Shown: positions 52,969 through 63,225, counted from the first letter of the stretch. The stretch is 64,000 nt of DNA from Gammaproteobacteria bacterium (GCA_965222155.1 CBDCTH010000012.1:3424001-3488000), one strand, 5' to 3'. Numbers and translations are program-made. The notes: a model not told the origin generated them from the sequence alone.

Positions 52969-54846
52969 ATGCAAAGCGGCATGACTCAAACTAACGGGGC
53001 TCCAGAATTCCTGGGGCGGTTCAGAAAGCCGCTATATTTTAATACTACCAGCACAATAGGCGGAAAACTGCATTTCATGGCCTCGCTGAAATTGATAAAA
53101 TACATGATTAGTGCTTTAACCACCCCGGTAAGTGTCTGGCCATCCTTGGCGTGCTTGCGCCTTGTCAGTAAAACGTCATTTTTCCACACCGCTTTTACAA
53201 TGTTCTGGCTAGGATGTCTGTTTTTACTAACATCATGCACGTTTGCATACAAGGAGGAAGGGGCGATTGATTATCGTAAAACCGAGGTCTCAACTACAGA
53301 TCTGAGTAAATTCACTGTTAAGACCGATAGTATAGAAACAAATATACAGGGAGAACCAATTCGTATTGCCAAGTTGCAACGTAAGAATTTACCGCAAGAT
53401 AACAGGGAAGTAACATTTTCAGAAAATGACAACATATGCATACGGCTTACATCAGCTTATATAAAAGACTATTCAGAAGGCCCCCTAAGCTGGGTTAATG
53501 ATGCAGTTGGGGGGCAAATCAGGTCCAAGGGAGAAATTGCCGTTGTAGTTAACGCTTTTGCAGTCAAAGATTCTGTTGCTTTTGACTTCTCCGACAAAGG
53601 AGTTAATAAAGGAAAGGTGGTTTTTTTCTCTGATGATATCGTTGCAGGCCAGTTCATGAATTTTAATAATATGCCAATTTACGGCCCCTCCTCTGAAGGA
53701 AAGAATGGCATAGGTCTTGAAATCTGGATTATGGAGCTGGATATTTCCGACGTTCTAACAGGAAATTTGCTCCGGGACATAGCCTCATATGGAACAATAC
53801 CTCTTCCCTTTTCGTCTGTTGGGAACGTAATTCTGGAATCTATGGGTAAAAGCCTGTTAAGTTCCACTAATACTCACGATACAAATTTTCTTTACAGAGT
53901 ACTGCTAGAGCCCAAGAAAGCAGCCATGCTTCCAAACGCCCCCCTAGAAGTCGGCCATTACGTATTCATTCGAGTTCAGGAAGATATTGGAGACATTCTG
54001 AAAAATATCAAGAACCTTGATTTTAAGAAAATTATCAAAGGGGGTAGAATTGATGATATAAACTGGTCAGAACTGGTGCTTGATGAAAACAGTGGACGAT
54101 TATATAAAAAGGTTAAAATGAACGGAGTAAATGCTCAGTGTGATTGTGATGATAATGGTTATGATTATATTGAGTACACAGATCGAAATTATTTGGTTAT
54201 AAGTGTTGATAAAGATACTTCTGGACGTGATTTATCTGTAGATAATAAGTTGTATGAAGCTTTTCTCGGCTCTGTGAAAGAATCGGCAAATACCAATCAA
54301 TTCGTTGCGACAATCATAATGGAATTAAAAATGCGTGAGATTATGACTTTGTTCGACCAGTACTTTGAAGCAGTGAGCAAAGTTAATTCCGCAGAGGATG
54401 TCGTGAGAAAAGAAGATGATGCGATCAAGAAAGCAGCGGCAGAGGCTACGGCTAGGAAAGCTAAGGCTGATGCCACCTCCAAGAAAACGGATATGATTAA
54501 TGGCTTTACATATTTTTGGGATGATTACATCAAACCTTCATTGGAAAAGCATTATTACAAGTCGGCGTCACTCAACAGTAACGATCTCACAGAACGGGAT
54601 CTAAGCCAAGCTGCTAGGCAATTTATGGCTAAAATCAGCCAAGGAGTTGGTAAAGGAATAAACGATATTGACATTTGTGTGTCTGACCTGTTCACGTGGT
54701 TTTCAAGTGGAGTCAAAGAAACAAATCGGGAGGTCGCTAAAGATAGAATAAACGAAATAAGGCAGAAGATAATTTCTTTGATCAACGGTAATGGGTGCCC
54801 GACTTCTACACCGCCGACTACAACCCCATCCGAGCAACAAACGTGA
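52969..54846 (+). CDS. Hypothetical low-GC putative lipoprotein
   Basis: 625-codon ORF; LLTSC lipobox-like motif suggests a later start. Confidence 0.65.
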   Translation: MQSGMTQTNGAPEFLGRFRKPLYFNTTSTIGGKLHFMASLKLIKYMISALTTPVSVWPSLACLRLVSKTSFFHTAFTMFWLGCLFLLTSCTFAYKEEGAIDYRKTEVSTTDLSKFTVKTDSIETNIQGEPIRIAKLQRKNLPQDNREVTFSENDNICIRLTSAYIKDYSEGPLSWVNDAVGGQIRSKGEIAVVVNAFAVKDSVAFDFSDKGVNKGKVVFFSDDIVAGQFMNFNNMPIYGPSSEGKNGIGLEIWIMELDISDVLTGNLLRDIASYGTIPLPFSSVGNVILESMGKSLLSSTNTHDTNFLYRVLLEPKKAAMLPNAPLEVGHYVFIRVQEDIGDILKNIKNLDFKKIIKGGRIDDINWSELVLDENSGRLYKKVKMNGVNAQCDCDDNGYDYIEYTDRNYLVISVDKDTSGRDLSVDNKLYEAFLGSVKESANTNQFVATIIMELKMREIMTLFDQYFEAVSKVNSAEDVVRKEDDAIKKAAAEATARKAKADATSKKTDMINGFTYFWDDYIKPSLEKHYYKSASLNSNDLTERDLSQAARQFMAKISQGVGKGINDIDICVSDLFTWFSSGVKETNREVAKDRINEIRQKIISLINGNGCPTSTPPTTTPSEQQT

Positions 54847-54894
54847 AGCGCTTTAGCGATGCCCTATTAGGTATTTCCTACCCCATTCATACTG

Positions 54895-55053
54895 GCACAG
54901 GCCGATTTGCAACGCTATTTCCAGGTCTCGCCTCCCTCAGTCCACCGCATGTTGACCCAATTGGAGGACAAGGGACTCATTCGAAAACAGCTTGGTGTCG
55001 CACGTAGCCTCTCATTGGTACTGCCTGTCCATCAACTGCCACAACTTGACTGA
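54895..55053 (+). pseudogene. LexA/MarR-like winged-HTH C-terminal remnant
   Basis: AQADLQRYFQVSPPSVHRMLTQLEDKGLIRKQLGVARSL*; no start. Confidence 0.6.
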
Positions 55054-55170
55054 ATTTGACTCGTCAATCGATCAGAATTAAATTGAAACGGTACTAGTCT
55101 TGCCGGGTATTGATGACGTTACATACCCTTCTGACGGAGTTGAAACGGTAGCGAGTAGACTGGAGGTTTC

Positions 55171-56010
55171 TTGATGCCCCAACTACCCCATTGGCTGGAA
55201 CAGTTACGCCGCACCGAAATCATACAGCGCGTAAAGAACGATCCTCGTTCCGGGCCAGAACAATACCTTGGAGTCAGTAGCTCGGATGCGACGCACGAAG
55301 TTGCCGGGTGGGGTCAGGCGGACTTCGACAAACCTTGGCGTCATCTGTCGCCTGATGACCGTGTCCTTCTTTACGCTTACTTCTTTCAGCTTGGGCACTT
55401 GGAAGAACTTGTCGAGGCGTTTGGTATGCTCTTTGCCAAAACCCGTCCTGCGGAACAACCCATTGTCGTCGATTTAGGTTGTGGACCGTTCACAGGCGGA
55501 CTTGCTTTTGCCAGCGCACTTGGCTCCGAACAGCAATTTGATTATATCGGCGTGGACCGATCTGAGGCTATGCGCAGACTAGGCGAACGGCTCGCAATCG
55601 CCGCCGAACATCACAATACAGCACTTCAAATTGGTCGCCAATGGGCATCCGACATCTCCTCGATTTCCTGGCATCAACCACTGACTTGGCATCCGGTATT
55701 TGTCATTGTGTCGTACCTTCTGGCTAGCCCGACGGTGGACGTGGTGGAGCTTATCAAGGAGTTGGAACAACTGCTCTCAAAATTTGGCCGAGGGTCAGTC
55801 ACAGTTTTGTACACAAATTCGAAACGAGACGAAGCCAATAAAAACTTTCCGGATTTTTGCAACGCATTGCGTGATGCAGATTTCAAAACACTTAAAGATG
55901 ACATTGGAACAATTGCGGTGGAAAGAATGCACGGTACTCAGGGCCGCGACTTACGATATGCTCTGTTCCATCGTCCTGCACAAAATACTCTTTCTCTTGG
56001 AGATAACTGA
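55171..56010 (+). CDS. Class I SAM-dependent methyltransferase
   Basis: VVDLGCGP motif I, YIGVDRS motif II; GGAGG RBS. Confidence 0.85.
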   Translation: MMPQLPHWLEQLRRTEIIQRVKNDPRSGPEQYLGVSSSDATHEVAGWGQADFDKPWRHLSPDDRVLLYAYFFQLGHLEELVEAFGMLFAKTRPAEQPIVVDLGCGPFTGGLAFASALGSEQQFDYIGVDRSEAMRRLGERLAIAAEHHNTALQIGRQWASDISSISWHQPLTWHPVFVIVSYLLASPTVDVVELIKELEQLLSKFGRGSVTVLYTNSKRDEANKNFPDFCNALRDADFKTLKDDIGTIAVERMHGTQGRDLRYALFHRPAQNTLSLGDN

Positions 56011-56011
56011 A

Positions 56012-57100
56012 GTGCGGCTACCAACTTGGGATGAAATCGTCAGCGAGGAGGACCAGCGCGATGTGTTGGAATATCCGCTTGATCAGCACCTATTCGTTGT
56101 GGGGCCACCTGGTTCCGGCAAGACAGTCCTTGCCTTGCACAGGGCGCGGATGATGGTGGATACAGGGATGCCAGTTAAACTTGTCACATACAATCGCATG
56201 CTCAGGCGTTTGCTGGAGCTGTTGGGGGGCGGAAGTATAGATGTTCAGACAATGCATCAATTTGCATGGTACGACTACAAGGACCGGATGGGTGAAGAGC
56301 CACCACAGTATGTGGAATATAATAATGATTGGGAAACCATGCTTGCGCGCGTCAAAGACAACCATAAGTGCCACAACCAATTTCACATGATTGTGGATGA
56401 GGGACAAGACCTTCACCAGGAATTTTTCAGGTATGCTTCGTATGTCTCGAACGCCATCACCGTATTTGCAGATGACGATCAAGCACTCAGTACGGATCGC
56501 TCAACGCTTGAGGACATCAAAGCCGCAGCCCACTTGAATGATCCGATTATTCTCAAAAAAAATCATCGGAATAGTCCGGAGATTGCTACGGTGGTGGAAC
56601 ATTTCCATAGTGGTCGTCTCCCCGCCGCATCCATCGTCCGCTCCTCAACGGGAGAACTTCCTCGCCTGGTCAAAACAAAAAACCTTGAATCTACAGCCAC
56701 GTTGGTGTCGAATTGGTATAATACCCGAGGCGGTAGTATCGGCGTTATTTTCAATCGAAACGAGACCGGTAATGAGTTGCACACCATGCTCCGCAAGAAA
56801 CTGCCCGACAAGCGCGTTGACATGTACACAAATGATCAAAAAAACGAGGGTAGTATCGACATGCTATCTTCGGGTGTGACCATACTCAACAAAGAATCCG
56901 TGAAAGGCCAGGAATTTGCCACAGTGTTTATTTTGGAACTGGAATCCTTCATCCCATGCAATACCCCTGTAAATAAACCCGCAATGTACATGATGTGTGC
57001 CCGTGCTTGTGATAATCTTTTTCTTATTTACGGCCCCGATTCACTTTCGATACAGGCAGAGAGAGCATTGCCGGGGGCTGATGCTTTGGAGCGGTCATGA
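56012..57100 (+). CDS. Compact UvrD/Rep-like SF1 helicase
   Basis: GPPGSGKT, IVDEGQD, FADDDQ, NHRN, VKGQEF, YMMCARA; GTG start 1 bp after the MTase stop with GGAG RBS. Confidence 0.85.
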   Translation: MRLPTWDEIVSEEDQRDVLEYPLDQHLFVVGPPGSGKTVLALHRARMMVDTGMPVKLVTYNRMLRRLLELLGGGSIDVQTMHQFAWYDYKDRMGEEPPQYVEYNNDWETMLARVKDNHKCHNQFHMIVDEGQDLHQEFFRYASYVSNAITVFADDDQALSTDRSTLEDIKAAAHLNDPIILKKNHRNSPEIATVVEHFHSGRLPAASIVRSSTGELPRLVKTKNLESTATLVSNWYNTRGGSIGVIFNRNETGNELHTMLRKKLPDKRVDMYTNDQKNEGSIDMLSSGVTILNKESVKGQEFATVFILELESFIPCNTPVNKPAMYMMCARACDNLFLIYGPDSLSIQAERALPGADALERS

Positions 57101-59277
57101 ATCCTCCTGAACCCCAGATGGCAATGCGCTTTTCCGAGGTTCGTGAACCTGAATCCCGCTGGTTGGGACTGGCCACTGATAATCGGCGTCTTTTTGATGC
57201 GTTGCAGGATGGTTGGCTACGACCCCAGTCTTCGGACGGGCAGATGGTAGGAATCGGAACGTACGTTCGGGATGGGAGCCCGGTCGATGCGGGGCATCCA
57301 ATACACGTCCAGGTAAGACTAGATCCCGCGAAGTTGCCTAATCTTGATATTGACGTCTTGCGCAACAAAAGTTGGCGGACATCTTGTATTGGCGCGCTTG
57401 AGCCAACAGATCAGGCGTTGTACTGGCCGGGTGCGCTACCGACTTTCGCCATCTCGAAACTATTAGTATCGACCGAAGAAGAGCGTGCGCGTTTCACCGG
57501 CATGGCCAGGTATGTCTCGAATCTGATACTACCCAAAGAGTTGGTCAGAGTCGGTGCTAAACCCGGGGACTGTTTCGATGTGGAGGTTTCCCCACCCAAG
57601 GCAACGGTGGGTATTGGCATTCCAAGCGATATGGATGCAATCCACGGCGCTATTGCTATGGCTGTTTGGGGAGTTCCGCGAATTGATCCCTGGCTGGATA
57701 TTCTCACCACCAGCCTTGACCCTGAACAATCGGGGCTGGAAGATCTGGCCGCGAAAATGGACGCCTCATGGTGGCGGTTTCCACCCTGGATGCGGCTTCA
57801 GGGTGAGGTCAATTCAGACAGCCTGCACGATCGCCTCTGGTTGGCTGCCGTGGAAGTGTTTCGAAGTCAAGTAAGTGGCGAGCGTATCGATCCCCGTGAA
57901 CTCTCAACACGAATACACGCTAGGGCGTCACAAAGCTGTCCTGCAAAAGGTCGGGACGAGCAGGCGAGAGAGTGGTTGGAGACCACAAACGGTATTCTAC
58001 GCGCCGAGTCGGTCATTCAACTCCGGGATTGGCGGAGTTGCCCTGTTGGAATAGCCATTCAATTGGTGTTGGCTCGTCCAGAACCAACGAACTTCAAGAC
58101 ATGGTTTAAGGATATGCCGCAACTCCCCCCGGCAATTGCCTGGTCTGCAGCAGTTCTATGCGGTCTTTTGCATGGATACAGGCGTCTCGACTGCCAATTC
58201 CGTGGGACGGTGCTGCAACGCGAACTTCTATCAATTCAGGCATTGCGCCTGTCTGTCGCGGGGAAACGCGATCTTTGTTGGCCATCTGTCACCGCCAGGA
58301 AACCCGAATGGAGAAGGGCTGCCGGCCGCTTCGTGTTGGCTTGGGACGGTAATGATTTTTCTACAAAGCCGGAGAATGCGCGCGGTCAATGGTTTGGCGC
58401 GGATTTCAAGAGAACAAAAGTTCAGGAAGAGGCCCATAAACTCGCAACAAATTTGAATTGGCCCTGTCTTTCCCAGCAGATCATTCTGACAGACGTACTA
58501 CTACCCTATTCTGGTCCAGGCACTATGCGTTTACCCACCAATAAGGATACGCTAATCGAGGTTGAAGGGACTGTACGGTTCCAGTTGCCGGAAAATTTGG
58601 AAATCGAGAAAAAACTTAATGTTGATCGGTTCCGCCACTTCATCGCCACGGAGGCAGGACCACTGTCGAATCCGCCATCCTCCTCGCTAGCAGCCGAGAC
58701 GCAACCCCTGCAATCAGCTATTCCTGGCTTGATATATATCCGAGATTATCTGAGCGAGGGCGAAGAAGATGAACTTGTTAAACTCATTGATAGTCACCCA
58801 TGGGACACTCAACTGAAACGACGCGTTCAGCACTATGGGTGGCGTTATGCTTACAAAGCCCGTCAAGTTGACCCAGCCATGCGTCTCGGCCCCCTGCCGG
58901 ATTGGGCTGACAAACTCGCCGGACGCCTTGTTTCAGAAGGGCTTGTACCGCAACTTCCCGATCAGGTTATTGTCAATGAGTATATTAGAGAACAGGGCAT
59001 CAGTGCCCATGTTGATAGTAACAGCTTTGCTGATCATATCGTCACGATCAGTCTATTGGAATCGTGGGGGATGGTGTTTCGCAAAAAAGGGTCAAAAAAC
59101 AAAGTCGAACAGCTACTTGAGCGACGCAGTGCGGCAATCATGAGTGGCGAAGCCCGGTATGACTGGAAACATGGAATACCAATGCGGAAGAGCGAGCGTA
59201 ACAAGTCCGGCGAGGGACGCAGGAACCGAGAGCGTCGCATTTCACTTACCTTTCGCAAGGTGAAATACTCCGTGTAG
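57097..59277 (+). CDS. Unknown ~540-aa domain fused to an AlkB-type 2OG-Fe(II) dioxygenase
   Basis: RRVQHYG, IVNEY, HVD...H iron ligands, RISLTFR; ATGA overlap with the helicase. Confidence 0.85.
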   Translation: MNPPEPQMAMRFSEVREPESRWLGLATDNRRLFDALQDGWLRPQSSDGQMVGIGTYVRDGSPVDAGHPIHVQVRLDPAKLPNLDIDVLRNKSWRTSCIGALEPTDQALYWPGALPTFAISKLLVSTEEERARFTGMARYVSNLILPKELVRVGAKPGDCFDVEVSPPKATVGIGIPSDMDAIHGAIAMAVWGVPRIDPWLDILTTSLDPEQSGLEDLAAKMDASWWRFPPWMRLQGEVNSDSLHDRLWLAAVEVFRSQVSGERIDPRELSTRIHARASQSCPAKGRDEQAREWLETTNGILRAESVIQLRDWRSCPVGIAIQLVLARPEPTNFKTWFKDMPQLPPAIAWSAAVLCGLLHGYRRLDCQFRGTVLQRELLSIQALRLSVAGKRDLCWPSVTARKPEWRRAAGRFVLAWDGNDFSTKPENARGQWFGADFKRTKVQEEAHKLATNLNWPCLSQQIILTDVLLPYSGPGTMRLPTNKDTLIEVEGTVRFQLPENLEIEKKLNVDRFRHFIATEAGPLSNPPSSSLAAETQPLQSAIPGLIYIRDYLSEGEEDELVKLIDSHPWDTQLKRRVQHYGWRYAYKARQVDPAMRLGPLPDWADKLAGRLVSEGLVPQLPDQVIVNEYIREQGISAHVDSNSFADHIVTISLLESWGMVFRKKGSKNKVEQLLERRSAAIMSGEARYDWKHGIPMRKSERNKSGEGRRNRERRISLTFRKVKYSV

Positions 59278-59351
59278 TGCCGGCTCGAAGATAATGTATG
59301 GTCCGCCCCGAGTTTGAAAGACAAATAACTGGCGAGGCAAGTCAGGTCGCG

Positions 59352-59596
59352 CATCCAGGGTCAGACCAGTATAAAAACTATAACTGTTTGATTTTAATTG
59401 ATAATCCGTCTGTACATGACCTTTTCCAATCGTTAGAACACGCGTTTTATTACGAAAAAAGACATTGTAAGAAATGTCACTTGCTTAACATGATATTTTC
59501 CGCCGTGAAAACCCTGTTCTAATCCTTAAAATAGCGCGCTATTGAGAATTTTATCCTCTATAATCATAGAGTTATATTGGTCCGACCCACTCGTAT
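59352..59596 (+). mobile_element. 245-bp element type B, full copy
   Basis: Matches 40128-40372. Confidence 0.92.
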
Positions 59597-59693
59597 CCCC
59601 TCGTATGTACCTCTAAGGGGGGTGGCTTTGTAAAACGCTTGTTGAGTACACCTGCTCTCTAACTCAAATTTTGTTGATTTTAGTTTTATTAAA

Positions 59694-59996
59694 GGGAACC
59701 TCTAATAATTGACGATTTCCGTTACTATCGCTATCTATGCGGGCAAGCCGGGTTCTTTTACATATAAATGTATTCGGCCAGTGGCGAAATGACCCCGTGC
59801 TCGCCTTCATCGACCCCTTAATCGGGCCGTTTTATTGCCTTCGGGTGTCGGTTTGACACCCGCCGGGCGTTGTCTCCGTCAAGCAGGCGCGCTGACCCCT
59901 TCCAGGTAACACAGTCGTCGCATGTTATACACCAGGTTCAGCATCCCAATGGCCAACTCACTGCGCGCCAGCCCGATACAGCGTATCAGAGATCCG
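59694..59996 (-). mobile_element. IS5-family right end and transposase C-terminus
   Basis: GGGAACCTCTAATAA end; LIRCIGLARSELAIGMLNLVYNMRRL on the minus strand; cut by a type B element. Confidence 0.7.
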
Positions 59997-60206
59997 CATC
60001 CAGGGTCAGACCAGTATAAAAAGTATAACTGTTTGATTTTAATTGATAATCCGTCTGTACATGACCTTATCCAATCGTTAGAACACGCGTTTTATTACAA
60101 AAAAAGACATTGTAAGAAATGTCACTTGCTTAACATGATATTTTCCGCCGTGAAAACCCTGTTCTAATCCTTATCATAGGGTTATAATGGTCCGACTCCC
60201 TCGTAT
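59997..60206 (+). mobile_element. Type B element with a 35-bp internal deletion
   Basis: Both ends present; 210 bp. Confidence 0.9.
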
Positions 60207-60356
60207 GTACCTCTAAGGGGGGTGGCTTTGTAAAACGCTTGTTGAATACACCTGCTCTCTAACTCAAATTTTGTTGATTTTAGTTTTATTAAAATTTCTA
60301 TAAAGTTGTGCTATTTTTTTGAAAGAAAAAGATATACAGTTTTCTTTTAAAAATAT

Positions 60357-60980
60357 ATGGGAAAACACACGCACAGCACTGATAGCAATATCCTCCGGCG
60401 GATTCATTCCCGTAAGCGGGGTTGGGTCTTTACGCCTGACAGTTTCACAGACCTCGGTACCCGGCAGGCAATTGATCTCGCGCTGATGGGGCATCGGAAG
60501 ACTGGCCTCATCCGAAAACTGGCCCGGGGGTTGTATGATTACCCGAAAATCGATCCTCAGCTTGGTCCTTTACAGCCATCTACGGATGACATTGCAAAAG
60601 CCTTGGCAGGTCGTGATGCTGCCCGTTTACAACCCTCCGGGGCTTATGCGGCTAATCTCCTTGGACTTTCTACACAAGTGCCAATGAAAGTCGTGTATTT
60701 GACGGATGGCCGGGCGCGGACAGTAAAGGTTGGCAAGCGAGAGATCGTCCTGAAACGAACCACCCCCCGCAATATGGCTACCGCCGGGAGCAGCAGCGGG
60801 TCGGTGATCCAGGCCCTGCGCCACTTGGGCCGGAAAAACGTCGACCAACAAGTCATTGCACAGCTTGATCGCCGTCTTGATGACGATGTTCGCAAGCAAC
60901 TGATGAAAGATATTTGGTATGCCCCGGCTTGGATCGCCGATATCATTCGCATACTGGCTGCCCAGGAAAGTACAGTATGA
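60357..60980 (+). CDS. AbiEi-like antitoxin (DUF6088)
   Basis: [34 protein letters not shown]...VYLTDG. Confidence 0.85.
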   Translation: MGKHTHSTDSNILRRIHSRKRGWVFTPDSFTDLGTRQAIDLALMGHRKTGLIRKLARGLYDYPKIDPQLGPLQPSTDDIAKALAGRDAARLQPSGAYAANLLGLSTQVPMKVVYLTDGRARTVKVGKREIVLKRTTPRNMATAGSSSGSVIQALRHLGRKNVDQQVIAQLDRRLDDDVRKQLMKDIWYAPAWIADIIRILAAQESTV

Positions 60981-61341
60981 GAGAATTTATTGCAATGCCG
61001 AAAGAACGTCGCCGGCTGGCCTGTACGGAGGCCGGCGCACAACTGAACCTGTCTGAGATTGCTGTCGAAAAGGACTTCTGGGTTTGCTGGACCCTGCGCA
61101 AATTGTTCGAGCTACCCAAATGGGGTGAACACCTGACGTTCAAGGGTGGTACATCATTGTCCAAGTGTTGGAAGCTAATTGAACGTTTTTCCGAAGATAT
61201 CGATATCGTCATCGAACGGGGCGCCTTGGGTTTTAGTGGAGAGAATGCCGTGGAACAGGCACCCAGCAAGACACAGACAGAAAAGCGCCTCAAGGCACTG
61301 AAAGTAGCTTGCCAGCAATGTATCAGCGACAGGAGGATTCA
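60977..61341 (+). pseudogene. AbiEii nucleotidyltransferase toxin, truncated by a type B element
   Basis: [24 protein letters not shown]; only ~120 codons remain. Confidence 0.88.
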
Positions 61342-61586
61342 CATCCAGGGTCAGACCAGCATAAAAAGTATAACTGTTTGATTTTAATTGATAATCCGTC
61401 TGTACATGACCTTTTCCAATCGTTAGAACACGCGTTTTATTACGAAAAAAGACACTGTAAGAAATGTCACTTGCTTAACATGATATTTTCCGCCGTGAAA
61501 ACCCTGTTCTAATCCTTAAAACAGCGCGCTATTGAGAATTTTATCCTCTATAATCATAGAGTTATATTGGTCCGACCCCCTCGTAT
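61342..61586 (+). mobile_element. 245-bp element type B, full copy
   Basis: Matches 40128-40372. Confidence 0.92.
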
Positions 61587-61748
61587 GCCGGTGCAGTTTT
61601 CGTCGATCAGATCGCGGTATTGCTGATTGGCCGCCGTAGTGACTGCGTAAAACTTGCGAGCGGGGCGAGTGTGGGTATAGTCGGCGAAGAGCCGGTCGTG
61701 GAATTGAGCTTCTCGTTGCAGGCGGGTATCTTTATCAAAATCAATCAC
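61587..61748 (-). pseudogene. 5' fragment of a gene (possibly a SAM methyltransferase) cut by the element
   Basis: MIDFDKDTRLQREAQFHD... overlaps the Uma2 stop and runs into the element. Confidence 0.45.
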
Positions 61749-62517
61749 CGGGTTCTCTATCAGAATCAGGCGCTACATAGATGTTTTGTTTTTGGAGGAC
61801 TTTTATGATTGTCTGCTGGTAATCTTTTGATGAACTGAGTTTTGGGTCTTGAAAAGCTAATAAACCAGCTTCTACGTCTTTATTCCGCAAGCCAGGTAAT
61901 ACGCCGGATATGGCCAAAGTGCGTGGCTCAGGATGTTGTAATGCCAGAAAGGTTACCGTTATTAATTCATTGCGGTTTTTATTTTGATTAACCTGCCAAT
62001 GTTCTGCTACACCTAATTCGCGATATTGGGCCTGCTTACCTTTATCGATGGATGTAATCCCGACTTCTACTACCAGATCCGGGGCGTGGTTAAGAACAAA
62101 GTTATCGCCAGCCTGTACACTATGCGCTCTAGCAAGTCGATACGCGCGGGCTTTTGGCCCGAGGTAATAACAGCAATCAGGTTCCAGGCCCGTATTCTCT
62201 GGATCGTTTGAACGGCGCCATCGATTTGCACGCAAAGCACTTCTTGATATAGAAAATTCGTCTACTACGGCTTTGATAAGGGTATCTATGTCTTCTGCGA
62301 GTTGTTCGTGTGTTGCGCTGGGTGACATCAACATAACCAGGCCACGTACTGGATCTAATATTACCCGTCGAAAGACCTTCTCAAGCGGTAAACGAGCCAG
62401 GTTTAGCACCAGATCTTTATTCGCCAGGAAAGCGACGTACCCAGAATCCAATGAGTTTTTTCTGTGGACAAGTTCTGCTAAGTCGTCAACATTAATGGTT
62501 GTAGTTGTTAAATTCAT
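61741..62517 (-). CDS. Uma2-family endonuclease
   Basis: MSPS..HE, GLEPD.CYY, APDLVVEV, Y..LGV.EHW. Confidence 0.85.
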   Translation of the reverse strand: MNLTTTTINVDDLAELVHRKNSLDSGYVAFLANKDLVLNLARLPLEKVFRRVILDPVRGLVMLMSPSATHEQLAEDIDTLIKAVVDEFSISRSALRANRWRRSNDPENTGLEPDCCYYLGPKARAYRLARAHSVQAGDNFVLNHAPDLVVEVGITSIDKGKQAQYRELGVAEHWQVNQNKNRNELITVTFLALQHPEPRTLAISGVLPGLRNKDVEAGLLAFQDPKLSSSKDYQQTIIKVLQKQNIYVAPDSDREPGD

Positions 62518-62549
62518 GGTGGTAATTCCTTAGTTGTAATGTGTACATC

Positions 62550-63093
62550 TTATTTGATGTAATTGTATAAAGTTGCCCTGGAGATTTTATAACGTTCTGT
62601 AATGGTTTTGATGGGGATGGCCGGGTTCTGTTTTAAAGTTTTGATCTCAGTGATTTGCGCGGGAGTCAGGGCTTGTGGTCTGCCGCCGCAGCGGCCGCGC
62701 GCGGGCTGCTTTGAGGCCGGCCAGGGTGCGTTCGCGGATCAGTTCACGTTCGTATTCTGCCAGCGCGTCGACGACGTGGAACATGAGTTTGCCGGCAGGC
62801 GTGGTGGTATCGATATTTTCTTTCAGGATTTTGAAATGGATGGCTCTGTTTTCCAGATCCTGGGGTATTTTGATGAGGTGGCTGAGACTGCGACCTAACC
62901 GGTCCAGGCGCCAGACGATGAGGATATCGGCGGCTCTGAGTACTTTCAGACACTGGTTAAGTTGCGGCCGATCGCGGTCTTTCCCACGGGTAACATCCGT
63001 GTAGATCTGTTCGCACTGGGCGTTTTGCAGGGCGTCATGCTGTAATGCCAGGGATTGATCACCGGTGGATACCCGCGCATAACCTATTTTCAT
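62550..63093 (-). pseudogene. Serine resolvase/invertase, frameshifted before its HTH
   Basis: IGYARVST..Q, VWRLDRLGRS, LAEYERELIRERT; GGRP...ISRATLYNY in another frame. Confidence 0.88.
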
Positions 63094-63225
63094 TTTCTGC
63101 CCGTTTTTTGTACGTTGATAAATATACGGGTTGTTAGACAAATGATCAAGCAACAACAGCAACATCAGTATTTTCCAATATGAAATGAGCCTGACATAAT
63201 CTGTGTTTCTGCTCATTGCGCCCAT

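Noticed and set aside
55700-56011. N-terminal 104 codons of the helicase ORF in the track
   Set aside because: Overlap the methyltransferase; GTG at 56012 has an RBS and precedes motif I
59293-59320. Possible IS110/IS1111-type end (AATGTATGGTCCGCCCCG)
   Set aside because: Resemblance from memory only; no transposase or partner end
35978-61586. Recurring ORFs ending [45 protein letters not shown]...
   Set aside because: Read-through of the type B repeat with a different chance start each time; no own start or RBS
4861-61586. Integron attC array
   Set aside because: Repeats lack RYYYAAC/GTTRRRY boxes and long hairpins, cut genes mid-frame, and no tyrosine integrase is present
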